DNA of 64,000 bases from the NCBI GenBank assembly GCA_951406725.2, contig OX597838.1:10974001-11038000 (forward strand). The letters are read 5' to 3'. A program made the translations under genes and the position numbers. The stretch's first letter is position 1. Every line of letters begins with the position of its first letter. The DNA is from Octopus vulgaris (lineage: Eukaryota). Under the pieces are notes generated by a model. The model saw only the letters and a program-made list of their open reading frames with translations. It was not told where the DNA came from and ran no database searches. Shown here in pieces: positions 37,546-51,567 of this stretch.

Positions 37546-38194
37546 GAGTGAAGGATTTTTTGTGGAGGATCTGTTGTTGTCCCTCCATTGTAAGGGATCC
37601 AACCTATGTAAATTTCAGTCAATGAGGATCTCCATCATAAGATGTAGTATCTATACACACACATCTAAACACACACACATGTATATATGTACACACACAT
37701 ACACATGCATATGTTTATGTCACATTGTCTTGATATCAGGTTATGGTTATAAATGTGTCACACTCATAAAAACAATGTCCAGTTTTTTAGGAAAATATAT
37801 CAAGCCACAAGGAAATATTACGTTGCTTGCAAACAGGTGAAGGTTGGCAACAGGAAGAGCATCAAGTTGTAGAAAATCTGCCTCAACACATTTCTATTTG
37901 AGTAATGCAATCATGGTAAAGAGAACATTAAATCAATGATGATGCGGATGAGATGAGGTTTTAAGAAAACCAACCCTAGCACATTGATATCAAACTTTGG
38001 CAAAAGGCCAGCAATTTCAGGAGAGTATGTTAAGTCGATTACCTTCACCCCAGTGCACAACTGGTGCTTATTATATTCACTATGAAAAGATGAAAGACAA
38101 AGAAAACCTCAGCAGAATTCAAACTCAAAATGTAAAGATGGATGAAGACAGACCACTCTTGTAAGCCATAATAATAATAATAATAATAATAATA

Positions 38195-38345
38195 CATTAT
38201 TTACAATTAATGGATATTTTGTCCTCATCTTACGTGTTGCTAACACATTTCGGCTGATACACCCTCCAGACTTCATCAGGTGTCTTGGGGGAAATTTTGA
38301 ACCTGGGTTTTTTTTATTCCTAAGGTATTTTTCGATGTTTTTGTT
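38195..38345 (-). mobile_element. Short Penelope-derived element with degenerate hammerhead (38243-38283)
   Basis: Minus strand ACAC-CTGATGA-A-GTCTG(gagggtgtat)CAGCC-GAAA-T-GTGT; helix III deleted; abuts (AAT)n. Confidence 0.5.
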
Positions 38346-39229
38346 GTATCACTCTGTAAAAACAAGCTTATCTGGAGCCAACCCATGGATTTACGATACA
38401 GAATTGTGATGAACCATAACCTTGGACCCTACCAAAAGATTACCTGGAGTTCTTCACTAATCTAAGTAATATTGTTAACCTGGTGTGCCAACAGAGAGCT
38501 TATGAAGTATTTTGCCTGGATTGATAATGCCTCACTACACACACACACAAATGCATATCTGTGTGTATGTATGTGTGTGTCTGTTACTATCTCTTAGCCT
38601 TGGCTTTAGGTACTGGCTGTAAATGGGGGTATCACCACAATGCAAACAGTGGTCCTTTGTTTTCAATCTTCCATGGAAAATCTGTTTGGTCATGGGGAAA
38701 TATTACCTTACTTTGAAAAACACCTGAGGGTTGGTGACAAGAAGGGCAACTGGTTGAAAAATAATCTGCTTCATCAAATTCTATCGAACCCATGCAAGCA
38801 TGGAAACGTAGAAGTTAAAACTATGACAACGACGATGACGAAGTCGATTCCGCTCACTGGAAATGCATCTTCAGCCTATAGGTTGATGCATTTTTCCTAA
38901 AGGCACACACACCACACACACACGTGTATCTGTATGCATGTATATGTGTGCACACATACGCATGCAGTGAACATACAAAGAAGCTCTGGGTAAAAACCGC
39001 TTGAAACATCAGTTTTTGAATGAAAAATTGAAAGACCTTACCACAGGCATTGAGTATTTTTCCCCACTTCCTACACTCAATCACACATGCATGCATGCGC
39101 GTGTGCATGCATGTGCATAAGAATTTGGGGATCCAATAAATTGTTGATTGAAGATTCACATCTCCACTTATCAACAATGATAACTAATAATGTTTAAAAT
39201 TCTTATTCACCAATAAATGGAAATTGCAG

Positions 39230-39435
39230 TGCGTATGTATGTGTGCATGTATATACACATACATACATACAAACATAGACACACACACACACATACATAA
39301 GCCATACGCATGTACGTAATCATATACATACAAGCACCACACACACATGTACATACATATACACATACATGTCCACATGCATAGACAAATATGCACATAC
39401 ACACACATATATACATACATACCATATATACACAA

Positions 39436-39466
<31 letters not shown>

Positions 39467-39584
39467 CATATACACAAATGTATATATATAAACACATATA
39501 TAAATACTTATACATACAGAAATGTATATACACACACACACGCACACATATATATATATACAGACTATATATACATATACACAA

Positions 39585-39623
<39 letters not shown>

Positions 39624-39776
39624 TAAATACTTATACATCAGAAATATATATATATATATACACATATATAAATATATACATATGCATGTATACATACACA
39701 CACATATATATATGTATATATACACACACACATATATGTATACAAACATAAATATATATATACTTCACACACACAT
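39230..39776. repeat. Compound (TA)/(CA) microsatellite array
   Basis: Directly visible; explains the Y/I/H/T-rich ORFs. Confidence 0.95.
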
Positions 39777-41068
39777 CTCTGAAGACATGAAGAGAAGGTA
39801 AAATAATCTATAATGCCATTGCCAAACCATGGAAACACATCACATTATAGAAGTGTGCATGCCAGCTATTCTTATATTGAACACTGGAGCTAGAATAGGT
39901 AATTAATAATCAATCAACACTTCAGAGAACATGAAGAGGGGGGGGGAAACACCCCAAAAAACATAAAAAGCTAAACAAGATCTATTACAGAAAGAAACTG
40001 AAATTTTGATGGGTGAGAGAAATGGTCTTGAAAATAAAATGATTTTTCAAGGAAAATAATAATTTCTTTTGGTTTTTTTTATAAATTTATGCATAATTTA
40101 TGATATTTTTGAGGCTAGCTTTATGAATTTATTTATCAGTTTTTATAAACAATATCTATTATCTTCTATCGTTTATATCTTCTACTTGTTTCAGTCATTA
40201 GACTATGGCCATGCTGGGGCACCACCTAGAAGGAATTTAGTTGAATAAATCAACTGCAGTAATTATTTTCGTAAGCCTGGTACTGAATTCTTTTGCTGAA
40301 CCAATAAGTTATGGGGACATAAACACACCAACACTGGTTGTCAAGCAGTGGAGGGGGGACAAACACTGACACAAAGATCACACTGGTTGTCAAGCAGTGG
40401 AGGGGGGACAAACACTGACACAAAGATCACACACACACGATGGGCTTCTTTCAGTTTCCGCCTACTAAATACACTCACAAGGCTTTGGTTGGCCCAAGGC
40501 TATAGTAGAAGACACTTGATCAAGGTGCCATGCGGTGGGACTGAACCTGGAACCACGTGGTTGAGAAGTAAACTTCTTCTTTATATTTTTTACTTGTTTC
40601 AGTCCCTGGGACTGCAGACACATCACACTGCTTGGTCCAGGAATGGAAACCACAAACTCATGATCAAGAGTCCAACACCTTAACCACGAAGCCATTCACC
40701 TCCACAATGCCTAATAATTAATATTCATATTTTTTCTTAATTACTGAATAACTATAATTAATTATAATTTAAAGTTTATTTTTATTACTGAATGATAATT
40801 ATAATAAATAATTCTTTAGAAGTTTGGGAATTTATGAATTTATGTAAAATAAATGACTTTATATCACAAAATAATTTCAAGATATGGTTATGCCAAACTA
40901 TATGAAAAGCCTCCATGTGGTTATTCAAAATGCAAGAACTAGCAGGCAAATCTCTCCTCACATCATACCCTACTGCCTTGAACAAAAGACTCATTGGATA
41001 ATGTGATCTTAGATACAGCAATGTGGGATGTGCACCACCAGAGCCTTGGCAACCATGTTCTTCTATTG

Positions 41069-41291
41069 CAGTGCTTTTCAACCTTTTTGCTGGAGCAGAA
41101 CCCCAAGGAAACATTCCACTGGCTCGAGGAACCCCTGTGCAATAATTTAATTGTCTTATGCAAACATATCTGCACAGGAGAATTAAAAATTACTGTCGAT
41201 TTTAGCATTTTTGCAACTTCTTGCGGAACCCCTGGACTGTACTGGCGGAACCCCTGGACTGTACTGGCGGAACCCTGGTTGAAAACCACTG
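41069..41291 (+). mobile_element. hAT MITE, second copy, 8-bp TSD
   Basis: Homologous to 28313-28531; TSD ttctattg at 41061 and 41292. Confidence 0.9.
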
Positions 41292-41510
41292 TTCTATTGT
41301 GACACAATGGAAGTGGGTATTTTGGAGAAAAGACACTGTATGTGGTTACTTGACAATTGACAAGTCCCTCAACCCTTTGGAGGTCATTGAGGTGTTGCAG
41401 CCATGCAGTGTATCTAGAGCATGAAAGCCTGGTAGGGGCCATCCCTCACCAGGCTAAATGAATTTCTACAGCTGAACAGACTGGAGCAACATGAAATGAA
41501 GTGTTTTTGT

Positions 41511-41739
41511 TTAACCCTTTAGCATTTAAACTGGCCATATCTGGCCAAAAGTATTCTGTCTGTTTTATGTTCAAACTGGCCAGATCTGGTCAACCACACC
41601 AAACCTACAATATCGTTTTAAAAATTAACAGCTACCTCATCAAAATCTCATACCTACAAGATAATGCGTGATTAGTTCAAAACAATGTGGATTAAAAAGC
41701 ATTAATTTTGGCAGAATAATGCGAACACTAAAGAGTTAA
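41511..41739 (+). mobile_element. piggyBac-like MITE nested in a CORE-like SINE
   Basis: ttaaccctttagc...ctaaagagttaa splits the SINE motif gtgt..tg/..gaacacaac. Confidence 0.8.
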
Positions 41740-42815
41740 GAACACAACGGATTGCCTGGTCCAGAGATTGAAACCACAATCTTATAGTCATGAATCCAGC
41801 ACTCTAACAACTAAGTGACGTGCCTCCACTAGTGGTACACATTTCTACAGCTGAGTGGATTGGAGCAATTGCTCAAGAACACAATGTATCGCTTGGTCCA
41901 GGAATCGAAACCACAATCTTACAATTGTGAGTCCAACACCCTAACCACTAAACCACACGATTCCACTTACTTACAGCCTTTTTTTCTTCACCGTCCCATG
42001 CAACCGATTCTGAGAGAGAGAGAGAGAGAGAGAAAGAGGGTGAGGGAGAGAGAGAGAGAGAAAGAAAGAGAGGTGGGTGATTTAATTCTAGTATTTGACA
42101 AGTACTAATATTTAAATGACCTCAGAAAGATGAAAGGCAAAATGGATGTGGTGAGATTTGAACTCAAAATGCCATGAGCCAGAACAAATAGTACAAACCA
42201 TTTGCTCATCATTCTGATGATTCTACCAACCGACTGGTGATGATGATGATGATGTGGCCTGGCAGTTAGGATGTTACACACATGGTCTTATGATGATGGT
42301 TTCAAATCCTAGACTGGGAAATGCATTGTTGGATGGGCAACAAACCATAGAACTCATCCCAAAACAGACAATTGGAGCACGGTGTAACTCTCCAGCTCCT
42401 GTCAAACAATCCAACCCATGCCAGCATGGAAAAATGGACATTAAATGATGATGATGATGATGATGTTGACAGCTACACCTGATTTTCTTTTGAAATTTTT
42501 TACCAAATCTTTTACATCACACCAAATTCTGAAGGGAAAATATTTCCGTTAGGATTTAAGAATTTCAGCAACTCTTCGACAATAGAAAAACAATATTTTT
42601 CTTTTTCTCTCTCCTTCCGATTCATTTTATTTTTATAGTTTGTTATTCAATTTTTCCTTTTTTTTTCTTTTTTTTTTCTCCTGCACACCTTTACGCTTCA
42701 CCAGTCTAATTCAAGTAAGTGACTTGGCATCAACTGATGAAGTGTTATGTTGTCTTGATACAACTACACATGCTTTGGCATTGGAGTGGTGGTGTGGTGC
42801 TGGCAAAGAAATGCG

Positions 42816-42891
<76 letters not shown>

Positions 42892-43275
42892 TTGAAGGGA
42901 GAGAAACAAAGATAGGGAAGAAGCGATTTTGCTTTATGCTGGCACCGATTCCGTTTCCTTTGATATCCACTGCCTGCAATGTTTTAAAACACTGTTATAT
43001 GGCTGCAAAGGTGAGATGATGAGATTAGGAATTTTGTTGAACAACTGTTGCTGCCATGACCCTCTGGTTGATAGGAAAGTGTGGTGAGGTGGTGGTGGTG
43101 GTGGTGGTGGTGTATGGTGGCATGGAGTTGCTGGTCACAATGATACTTAGCTCGAAAAACATTTTTTAAAATTTTATATATAAACACATACATACATTAA
43201 TAAACATATATATACATACACATATAAACATACACACATATGTACATCTTTATATATACATATCTCTCTCTCTCT

Positions 43276-43315
<40 letters not shown>

Positions 43316-43619
43316 ATACATACGTGTGTGTGCTGATATATATATGTATATATATAAACATATATACATATGTGTGCTGACATTATATATATATATATAT
43401 ATACATACATATATTTACATATACATGCATATATAAACACACATTCCTAGGTGTGGTGACATGGATGTGTTGGTTACAATGATACTAAGCACAAGACATT
43501 TTTTCTATTACATATCTATGAACACAAACATACATACACATCTTTACCCTGAGCTATGGTCTCCTAGACTATTTACACACATATAAGATATATATATGTG
43601 CAAATGCATATGTATGTGC

Positions 43620-43653
<34 letters not shown>

Positions 43654-43825
43654 GTTTATGTATCTACCATTGACCTGTTTATGAATCACACTGTTTATGT
43701 ATAGTTAGAAATACAGTAGTTGACGGTTTGGAATTATGTAGGAATCTGGAGGGGAGGTCAGTGGAGCAGAATAGTAACAGAGAAAATAGTATTTATCATA
43801 TACACCATGTGATGATATACATAGT

Positions 43826-44346
43826 GTGAAGGCACAAGACTCAAATGGTTAGAGTGTTAGGCTCACAATCATGAGGTAGTGAGTTCAATTCCTGGACCAG
43901 GCAGTGTGTTGTGTTCTTGAGCAAGACACTTCATTTCACCTTGCTCCAGATCGCTCACCTGTAGAATTGAATTGCAGCATCACTGGTGCCAAGGTTGATC
44001 GGTCTTTGCCAGTGGTATGGAGAGTGGAGGCTGGTTTGCATGGGTGACTGCTGGTCTTCCGTAAACAACCATGCCCAGGGTTGTACCTCGGAGGAGAACT
44101 CTCTAGGTGCAATCTCATGGTCATTCATGACCAGGCTCCAGATCGCTCACCTGTAGAATTGAATTGCAGCATCACTGGTGCCAAGGTGGATCGGTCTTTG
44201 CCAATGGTATGGAGAGTGGAGGCTGGTTTGCATGGGTGACTGCTGGTCTTCCGTAAACAACCATGCCCAGGGTTGTACCTCGGAGGGGAACTCTCTAGGT
44301 GCAATCTCATGGTCATTCATGACCAGATGGGGTCTTTACCCTTTAT
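43826..44346 (+). mobile_element. CORE-like tRNA SINE with internal 192-bp tandem duplication
   Basis: Head plus gtgttcttgagcaagacactt; units 43943-44134 and 44135-44326; unduplicated relative at 57738-58090 (minus). Confidence 0.85.
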
Positions 44347-44374
44347 CCTGATATGAAGGAAGGAAGCTTTAGAC

Positions 44375-44611
44375 CAGTGATTCTCAGCCATTTTTGGCCC
44401 CTATGAATCCCTTTGATTCCTAATTTATTCTACTGGACCCTACACATTTGGTGTATATTTTTAAAGAATCTTACTGTATTTCCATAATTGAATATTATTA
44501 GGAATTGTATACATAAACTGAAATAATTTGGTTATTGTAGAATTATGTGCAATTTATTGCACATAAATTTTAACAACAAAATCTTGTGTGGACCCCAGTT
44601 AAGAACCACTG
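44375..44611 (+). mobile_element. hAT MITE, different family
   Basis: TIRs cagtgattctcagc / gttaagaaccactg; imperfect TSD ctttagac / ctttggat. Confidence 0.7.
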
Positions 44612-44809
44612 CTTTGGATGGAGGGGGAGGCAAGGAAGGATGGGGATGTGTATGGAGGAAGAGGGTAAGAAAGAAAGATAGGGAAGGAGGTGAAAGAGAG
44701 GTGAAGGGGTTGAATAAAAAGGGAGAAAGAAAGATAGAAGAGAAGAAAGGAAGACAATGGAAATGAAGAGAGAGGGAGAAAAATGGGAGAAGAAAAAAAC
44801 AAGAATAGA

Positions 44810-44849
<40 letters not shown>

Positions 44850-45516
44850 AAGAGATAGATAGATATATAGATAGATAGAGAGAGAGAGAAAGAGATAGAT
44901 AGATATATAGATAGATAGATAGAGAGAGAGGTGAGAGATATCAAGGTATTGTCCAGCATTTTGATGATATAAGAGGGATATTTGTTTGAAGTAAGTTTGG
45001 ACAATAAAACAGCTGATTGCTTCAAAGAATAACAATGGACCCTCCTCCACCCCCCAACACTGGTGCAAGCCCAAATGAGGCAACCATTACAGAACCTACT
45101 GAACCAGCTCGTTTTTTTTGTTTTTTTTAAAAATATTTATTTTATGTTTGTGACAGTTGTTCATCATCAGAGAAGCGATGCAATGTTGGTAGCAGAACAA
45201 GGCTGGTCAAGGTATGTTCTGGCTGCTATAGATATTGTGCTAACACAGTCCATTTTGCCTGGCATGCTAACAATTCTGCCAGTTCATTGCCTTAATAATA
45301 ATAATCCTTTCTACTGGAAGCACAAGGCTTCAAATTTGGGGGAAGGGATTAAGTCAATTACATCGACCCCAGTGCATAACTGATACTTGTTTAAACGACC
45401 CCAAAAGGATGACAGGTAAAGTCGACCCTGGCAGAATTTGAACTCAGAACGTAACGGCATACGAAATACTACTAAGCATTTTGCCTGGTGTGCTAACAAA
45501 TAATAATAATGATAGT

Positions 45517-45895
45517 AGAGGCGCAATGGCCCAGTGGTTAGGGCAGCGGACTCGCGGTCATAGGATCGCGGTTTCGATTCCCAGACCGGGCGTTGTGAGT
45601 GTTTGAGCGAAAACACCTAAAGCTCCACGAGGCTCCGGCAGTGATGGTGGTGATCCCTGCTGTACTCTTTCACCACAACTTTCTCTCACTCTTACTTCCT
45701 GTTTCTGTTGTACCTGTATTTCAAGGGGCCGGCCTTGTCACTCTCTGTGTCACGCTGAATATCCCCGAGAACTATGTTAAGGGTACACGCGTCTGTGGAA
45801 TGCTCAGCCACTTACACGTTAATTTCACGAGCAGGCTGTTCTGTTGATTCGGATCAACCGGAACCCTCATCGTCGTAACCGATGGAGTGCTTCCA
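45517..45895 (+). mobile_element. SINE family E, full length
   Basis: Near-identical to 21904-22270; inserted in (AAT)n. Confidence 0.9.
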
Positions 45896-46469
45896 ATAAT
45901 AATGATAATAATTATAACAAAGCTTCCTTATTTTCTCAAACCTGGAAGAATGAAAACTGCATCCAGAGAGATTCCAATTCAAAGGAGTAAAATATGAACT
46001 AGAACAGGCAAACTGAATCAGGGTTAACAAGATCTATCAAACAAGATTAAATGTAACCCCATTAAATAAAAATCATACAGATAAATCCATCATCACCTCA
46101 TCTTCCACTCCCTGCCTCAATGAAAAATTTGCACAAAGCTTAAATGCAATTCAATTATATGACCCCAAATCCCCTCCACTATCTTGTATCGTAATGGCCA
46201 GTTAATGGCATCTGGAAGAAAAAAAAAATTCATCAAGAAAAAAAAAAGAACTTTTACCTTTAGTGTTTCAATTGTGTCGTTATGTTGATGCTCTATCACA
46301 TTTTTAGCCTGTAAAGGAAACCAAATGGAAGATATAAATATTTAAGTGGAATACCAATTAATCAATCAAAAATAATGAAAAACGGCCTCGCTTTTTTTTT
46401 TCATCTTTATTCTTTTTCAATAAAAATAATCCTCGCGAGAGCATTTGTGATAGCTTTAAAGCAAACGTT

Positions 46470-47221
46470 TTCCAGGTAGGGATACAAAGGTTGGAAAAGG
46501 GAGTAATTTATAGTCTGCAGGGTTTTTTTTTTTTTTTTATATTTTAAGAAGCAAATTTATTGGTGGTTAATGTTTTTTTTTAGGGCCTATCAACCTGAGG
46601 TTGCATATTATTCCATTAGTGATAAAATGTGTCTAAATAACAAATTTCCAATGGCAGTGTAAAGCAGGTAACATAGGGAGTGACAGACAATCTGCTGTAG
46701 ACATCAGGAATATTGTAAAGGCTAAGATGGGCATAGAGGGAGAGGAAGAGGGATGATTATAAGTGAAAAGGCCTTTGGAATCTGTAGTCTTGTAAGCACA
46801 CACACATACACACACACACACACACAAGGATGCTGAAAAGTTCCAGGTAGGGATACAAAGGTTGGAAAAGGGAGTAATTTATAGTCTGTGGTTTTTTTTT
46901 ATTTTTTATATTTTAAGAAGCAAATTTATTGGTGGTTAATGTCTTTTTTTAGGGCCTATCAACCTAAGGTTGCATATTATTCCATTAGTGATAAAATGTG
47001 TCTAAATAACAAATTTCCAATGGCAGTGTAAAGTGGGTAAAATAGGGAGTGAAAGACAATCTGCTGTAGACATCAGGAATATTGTAAAGGCTAAGATGGG
47101 CATAGAGGGAGAGGAAGAGGAAGAGGGATGATTATAAGTGAAAAGGCCATTGAAATCTGTAGTCTTGTAAGCACACACACGTACACACACACACACACAA
47201 AGGATGCTGAAAAGTTCCAGG
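46470..47221. repeat. Tandem duplication, ~371-374-bp unit
   Basis: Units 46470-46840 and 46841-47214; TTCCAGG at all three boundaries. Confidence 0.95.
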
Positions 47222-47418
47222 CTTTAAGGGTATTGCGAAGGGCTTGGTTGGAGGCCCAACATTCTCAGTTCTTTTACAGGGCTTGGAAAAATTGAAGGAC
47301 TGCTGCAATGAGTCTGTGAATCTGAGAGGGGAATATGTTGGATAAAATCATAATTAACTGATCATCATATATTTTTTTTTATACCCAAACCCAGGAACTT
47401 TTCAGCATCCCCTCATGT
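47197..47418. mobile_element. mariner-like MITE
   Basis: TIRs ggatgctgaaaagttccagg / ccaggaacttttcagcatcc. Confidence 0.7.
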
Positions 47419-48744
47419 GTATGAGTGTGTATCACCGTGACCGACCAGGCTATCAGATGTTGCTATACATCACTGGTCACAATGCACTTTGCATTGTTTT
47501 AGCTTTCAAATGACGCCACCCCACTGGCTAAGCATGCAGGCCAACAGAAGAAATATATATATATATATATATATGTTTGCAGAAGAATGGCATCTTGTCC
47601 AGACAAGGAGATATCTCACAGAGATTTTGTAACCAAGTACAAGGTTTCAAGTGGTGAAACATCTACATAAAATAGACCAATATGTTAAAAATGTCAACAA
47701 ACTAGAAAAAAAAATCTGAGGAATAGAAAAATTTCAGTAACTTTCAAACAATTGCAATAGAATCGTGTCAGTAGGCAACATATTTTGAAAATTCAAGAAA
47801 TAAATGAAAAATGAATTTCACCCTTTAACCATGAAATTGAATTTCATGGTTATTCCAGAAATATTGTTAAATGTCTACCAAAAATTGGAATTGGCATTTT
47901 CTTACAAGTCGTATTGCTTCAATAAACTTGGCATATCTCAACGAAAAATAGCTTCAGTCATGGCATTCCACAGCGAAAGATAGATTGGTACGTTAAACTG
48001 ATTTCTGCAGTTAAGAGTAATGAGGTTTTGAGTGGCCATATCTGATTTCCGCAATAAAAGGGTTAAGAGATTTTGTTTATTCTTAAACGGTTAAAAATGC
48101 GCTTCTGCAATGTAATTTAAAGATGGACAATTATGAAAGCTTTCAAACTCAAGTTGCTTCTGCATCATAAATCAACTTTTCAACATTGACAATCATATCT
48201 CTATACACTCCATCACGCTCTGTTATTTTAACATTAAAATTCAAAGGATGTTTGATCACTAAACAGAAATGATGTAATTTTAATTATTAATAATTTAATT
48301 TTTGATATCACATCTGATTACTATCTTAACTGTTCTTGTAACCTAGCAGTTTGAAAGTAGAGAATGACAAACCAAGTATCAGTTTGGAATGAATATCAAG
48401 ATCGACAATCCTTGATAGTGTTGTCCTACCAGAGCCACAATCTAATGACTAAAACCAGTAAAAGAATAACTCTCAAGGCTTTGGTCAGCCTTGGGCTATA
48501 GTAGAAGACACTTGCTCAAGGTGCCAAGCAGTGGGACTGAGTCTGAAGCCATGTTACGAAGTAAACTTTTTAAGCACACAGTCCATAGCCATACTTGCAC
48601 ATACAATGTGTGTGTGTGTGTGTCTGAGGGAGATAGAATGAGTGAATGTATTTTTCTGTGTTAATGTTTACATTGGCTTTTTCAAAAAACGTTCTGTTGT
48701 TAATGTCTCATAATTAGCACTTTAAAAACATTAAGAGAATAAGA

Positions 48745-49150
48745 AGGCAACGAGCTGGCAGAAACGTTAGCATGCCGGGCGAAGTTCTTAGCGGTATTTC
48801 ATCTGCCATTACGTTCTGAGTTCAAATTCCGCCGAGGTCGACTTTGCCTTTTATTCTTTCGGGGTCAATAAATTAAGTACCAGTTATGCACTGGTGTGTG
48901 TATGTATCTTCTGGTCTTGATACAGCATGACAGTTGTAAATGGTTATCACTGTCATAGAAGCAGTGTCAGTCATTTCCAATATTCTGCGAAAACATTTCT
49001 GACCATGACGAAATATCACCTTGCTTGGAAACAGGTGAGAGTGAGTGACAGGAAGGGCACCTGGCCATAGAAAATCGACTTAATTGACTTAATCTGTTTG
49101 CCCTTGTTTGTCCACTCTATGTTTAGCCCCTTGTGGGCAATAAAGAAATA
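48745..49150 (+). mobile_element. SINE family B with 15-bp TSD and foreign internal segment
   Basis: agaataagaaggcaa at 48736 and 49151; 48896-49075 derives from another SINE tail. Confidence 0.8.
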
Positions 49151-50367
49151 AGAATAAGAAGGCAAATGAAATAAGTAATGGGGTTATTACAAGCATAACA
49201 AATCCTTTGAAACCCCATGCCCCAGCATGGCGACAATCCAATGACTAAATCCAGTAGCCCCCCCCCCCCTGCCACCAAAAACAAAACCCCCCGAGGTGTT
49301 AGCATGGTGAAAATGATGTTAGTGATGGTGGTGGTGGTTGGGGGAGTGAGAGAAGACTTCCAAGATTATTTTGACCAATAGAATCAAAGCTTGAAATTTA
49401 TCAGTTGTATCGAGTGCAAACCACCCGATAGTATGAGATGGTAATCTATTTTAACACTTTCACTGCCAGTCACTTAGAGTAATTGTCTGACTGGTATTAA
49501 GAGAGTGAATCGGTAGAATCTTTTTTTTTTTTTATAAAATCAAAGGAAACTTCATGAGGATAAGTAATATTACTACAGCTTTTACAGCCAGTATATATAG
49601 ATTGTTATCACACATGAAAATGATATTGGATGATATTGGGTGCAACATAAAGCATGTTAGCATTTTGTGATTTAAAGTTGTTGGGGTTTTTTTTTTTTTG
49701 GTTGTCTACTATTTTTATTTACAACTAAACCTTTTTGTTAACATGTTTCTATTGAAATATAATACCTTTTTTTTTTCAATTAATTTTGAAAATGATCTTT
49801 ATCCTTATTCTTTCATCTTCTACTTGTTACAGTTATTTGACTGCGACCATGCTGGAGCACTTCTCTAAAGGGATTTAGTTGAAATGAGTCAACCCTGGTA
49901 CTTACTTTTAATTTTAATATTCATTTCAAATTTTGGCATAAGGCCTGCAAGTTTGCTGGAGGGGTAAGTCAACTGCATCAACCCCAGTACTCAGCTGGTA
50001 CTTATTTTATTGACCCCAAAAGGATGAAAAGCAAAGTCAACCCCAGTGGCATTTGAACTCAGAATGTGAAGCTGGAAGAAATGCCACTGGTTTTCTGGTG
50101 TGGTAACCATTCTGCCAGCTCGTCGCCTTATTGCCCACTCTATTATTCCTCAGTTGAGTTCCAGACCACCTTTGCAATTTCGGCTGGTTATACTCGAGAT
50201 TGCTCCTATCTGGCCAGCCCCAAGGAAAAAACTAAGCTAAGAGCATTAGACTCCATGGAAGAAAGCAGCAAATGTACAAAAAAAAACAAGGACGCTAACC
50301 CCCCCCCCCCCGGAAAAATGTTATACAAATACAAATAACAGGACATAGCAACGGATGTCTTTCGACT

Positions 50368-50428
<61 letters not shown>

Positions 50429-50624
50429 TACACACACATATATAAATATAACATATATACATACACATACATATATACATATATACATACACATACATAT
50501 ATATATATACACATACATATATACATACACATACATATATATATACACATACATATATACATACACAAACATATAGATACACATACATATATATATATAT
50601 ATACACATACACACACACACATTC

Positions 50625-50656
<32 letters not shown>

Positions 50657-51172
50657 ACCAATATGAACTAAAAATGGCAGAGATCATGAACAGAGCAAAT
50701 GGAGATGCATCAAAATCTAAAGTGAAAACCTTTGTAATGAGAATATCTAAATATGAGTTTATCGAACAAACACATCGGTGGCAGTTTCAGTGTAGACAGG
50801 CTACAGGATAAAAATGGGTGCTTAGTGACCAACGCTGGTTCATGTCAACATTTGTTCAGCTTTAAGCGAGGGCATAAGGAGATATGTGCGCATTAGAAAT
50901 TTATGCACACGGTAAATCCAAAGTCAACACGAAATCTGCAGTGAAGCTATCCACAGCTCGATATAAACACATTTGTTTGACAGCTGGAGAGCAGTTATAT
51001 GATTGCAGAATAAGTTTTTTAAAACTCTGTAGAAAATAAATCCATTGGACTGAGTTAGCCATTAAGTAATGCAAACAAATTAGAAGCTACAACTGTTAGT
51101 AGTTTCTATGTAAGGCAACTATAAACAGCAACAGTGGGAACAAGTTTCTAGTTGGTTCTGTTAAAGAATATC

Positions 51173-51567
51173 TAGGGGCTAAACATAGAGGGGACAAACA
51201 AGGACAAACGGATCAAGTCGATTACATCGACCCCAGTGCGTAACTGGTACTTAATTTATCGACCCCGAAAGGATGAAAGGCAAAGTCGACCTCAGCGGAA
51301 TTTGAACTCAGAATGTAACAGCAGACGAAATACCTATTTCTTTACTACCCACAAGAGGCTAAACATAGAGGGGACAAACAAGGACAGACAAATGGATCAA
51401 GTCGATTACATCGACCCCAGTGCATAACTGGTACTTAATTTATCGACTCCGAAAGGATGAAAGGCAAAGTCGACCTCGGCGGTATTTGAACTCAGAATGT
51501 AACAGCAGATGAAATACGGCTACGCATTTCGCCCGGCGTGCTAACGGTTCTGCCAGCTCGCCACCTT
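51173..51567 (-). mobile_element. SINE family B dimer with 18-bp TSD
   Basis: gttctgttaaagaatatc at 51155-51172 and 51568-51585. Confidence 0.9.

Noticed and set aside
45145-45175. Minus-strand CTGATGA-T-GAACAACTGTC
   Set aside because: No helix II or helix I; likely chance.
47826-47852. 13-bp perfect inverted repeat with 1-nt spacer
   Set aside because: Too short and AT-rich to assign a function; probably part of an old DNA element.
50145-50295. Hammerhead-like minus-strand GGCTGG...CCAGCC-GAAA-TTGCAA
   Set aside because: No CUGANGA in the required position and no UH/helix I; probably a repeat, but the ribozyme call is unsupported.
50670-51150. Possible decayed transposase coding sequence
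   Set aside because: No recognisable motif in the frame I translated; multiple stops.
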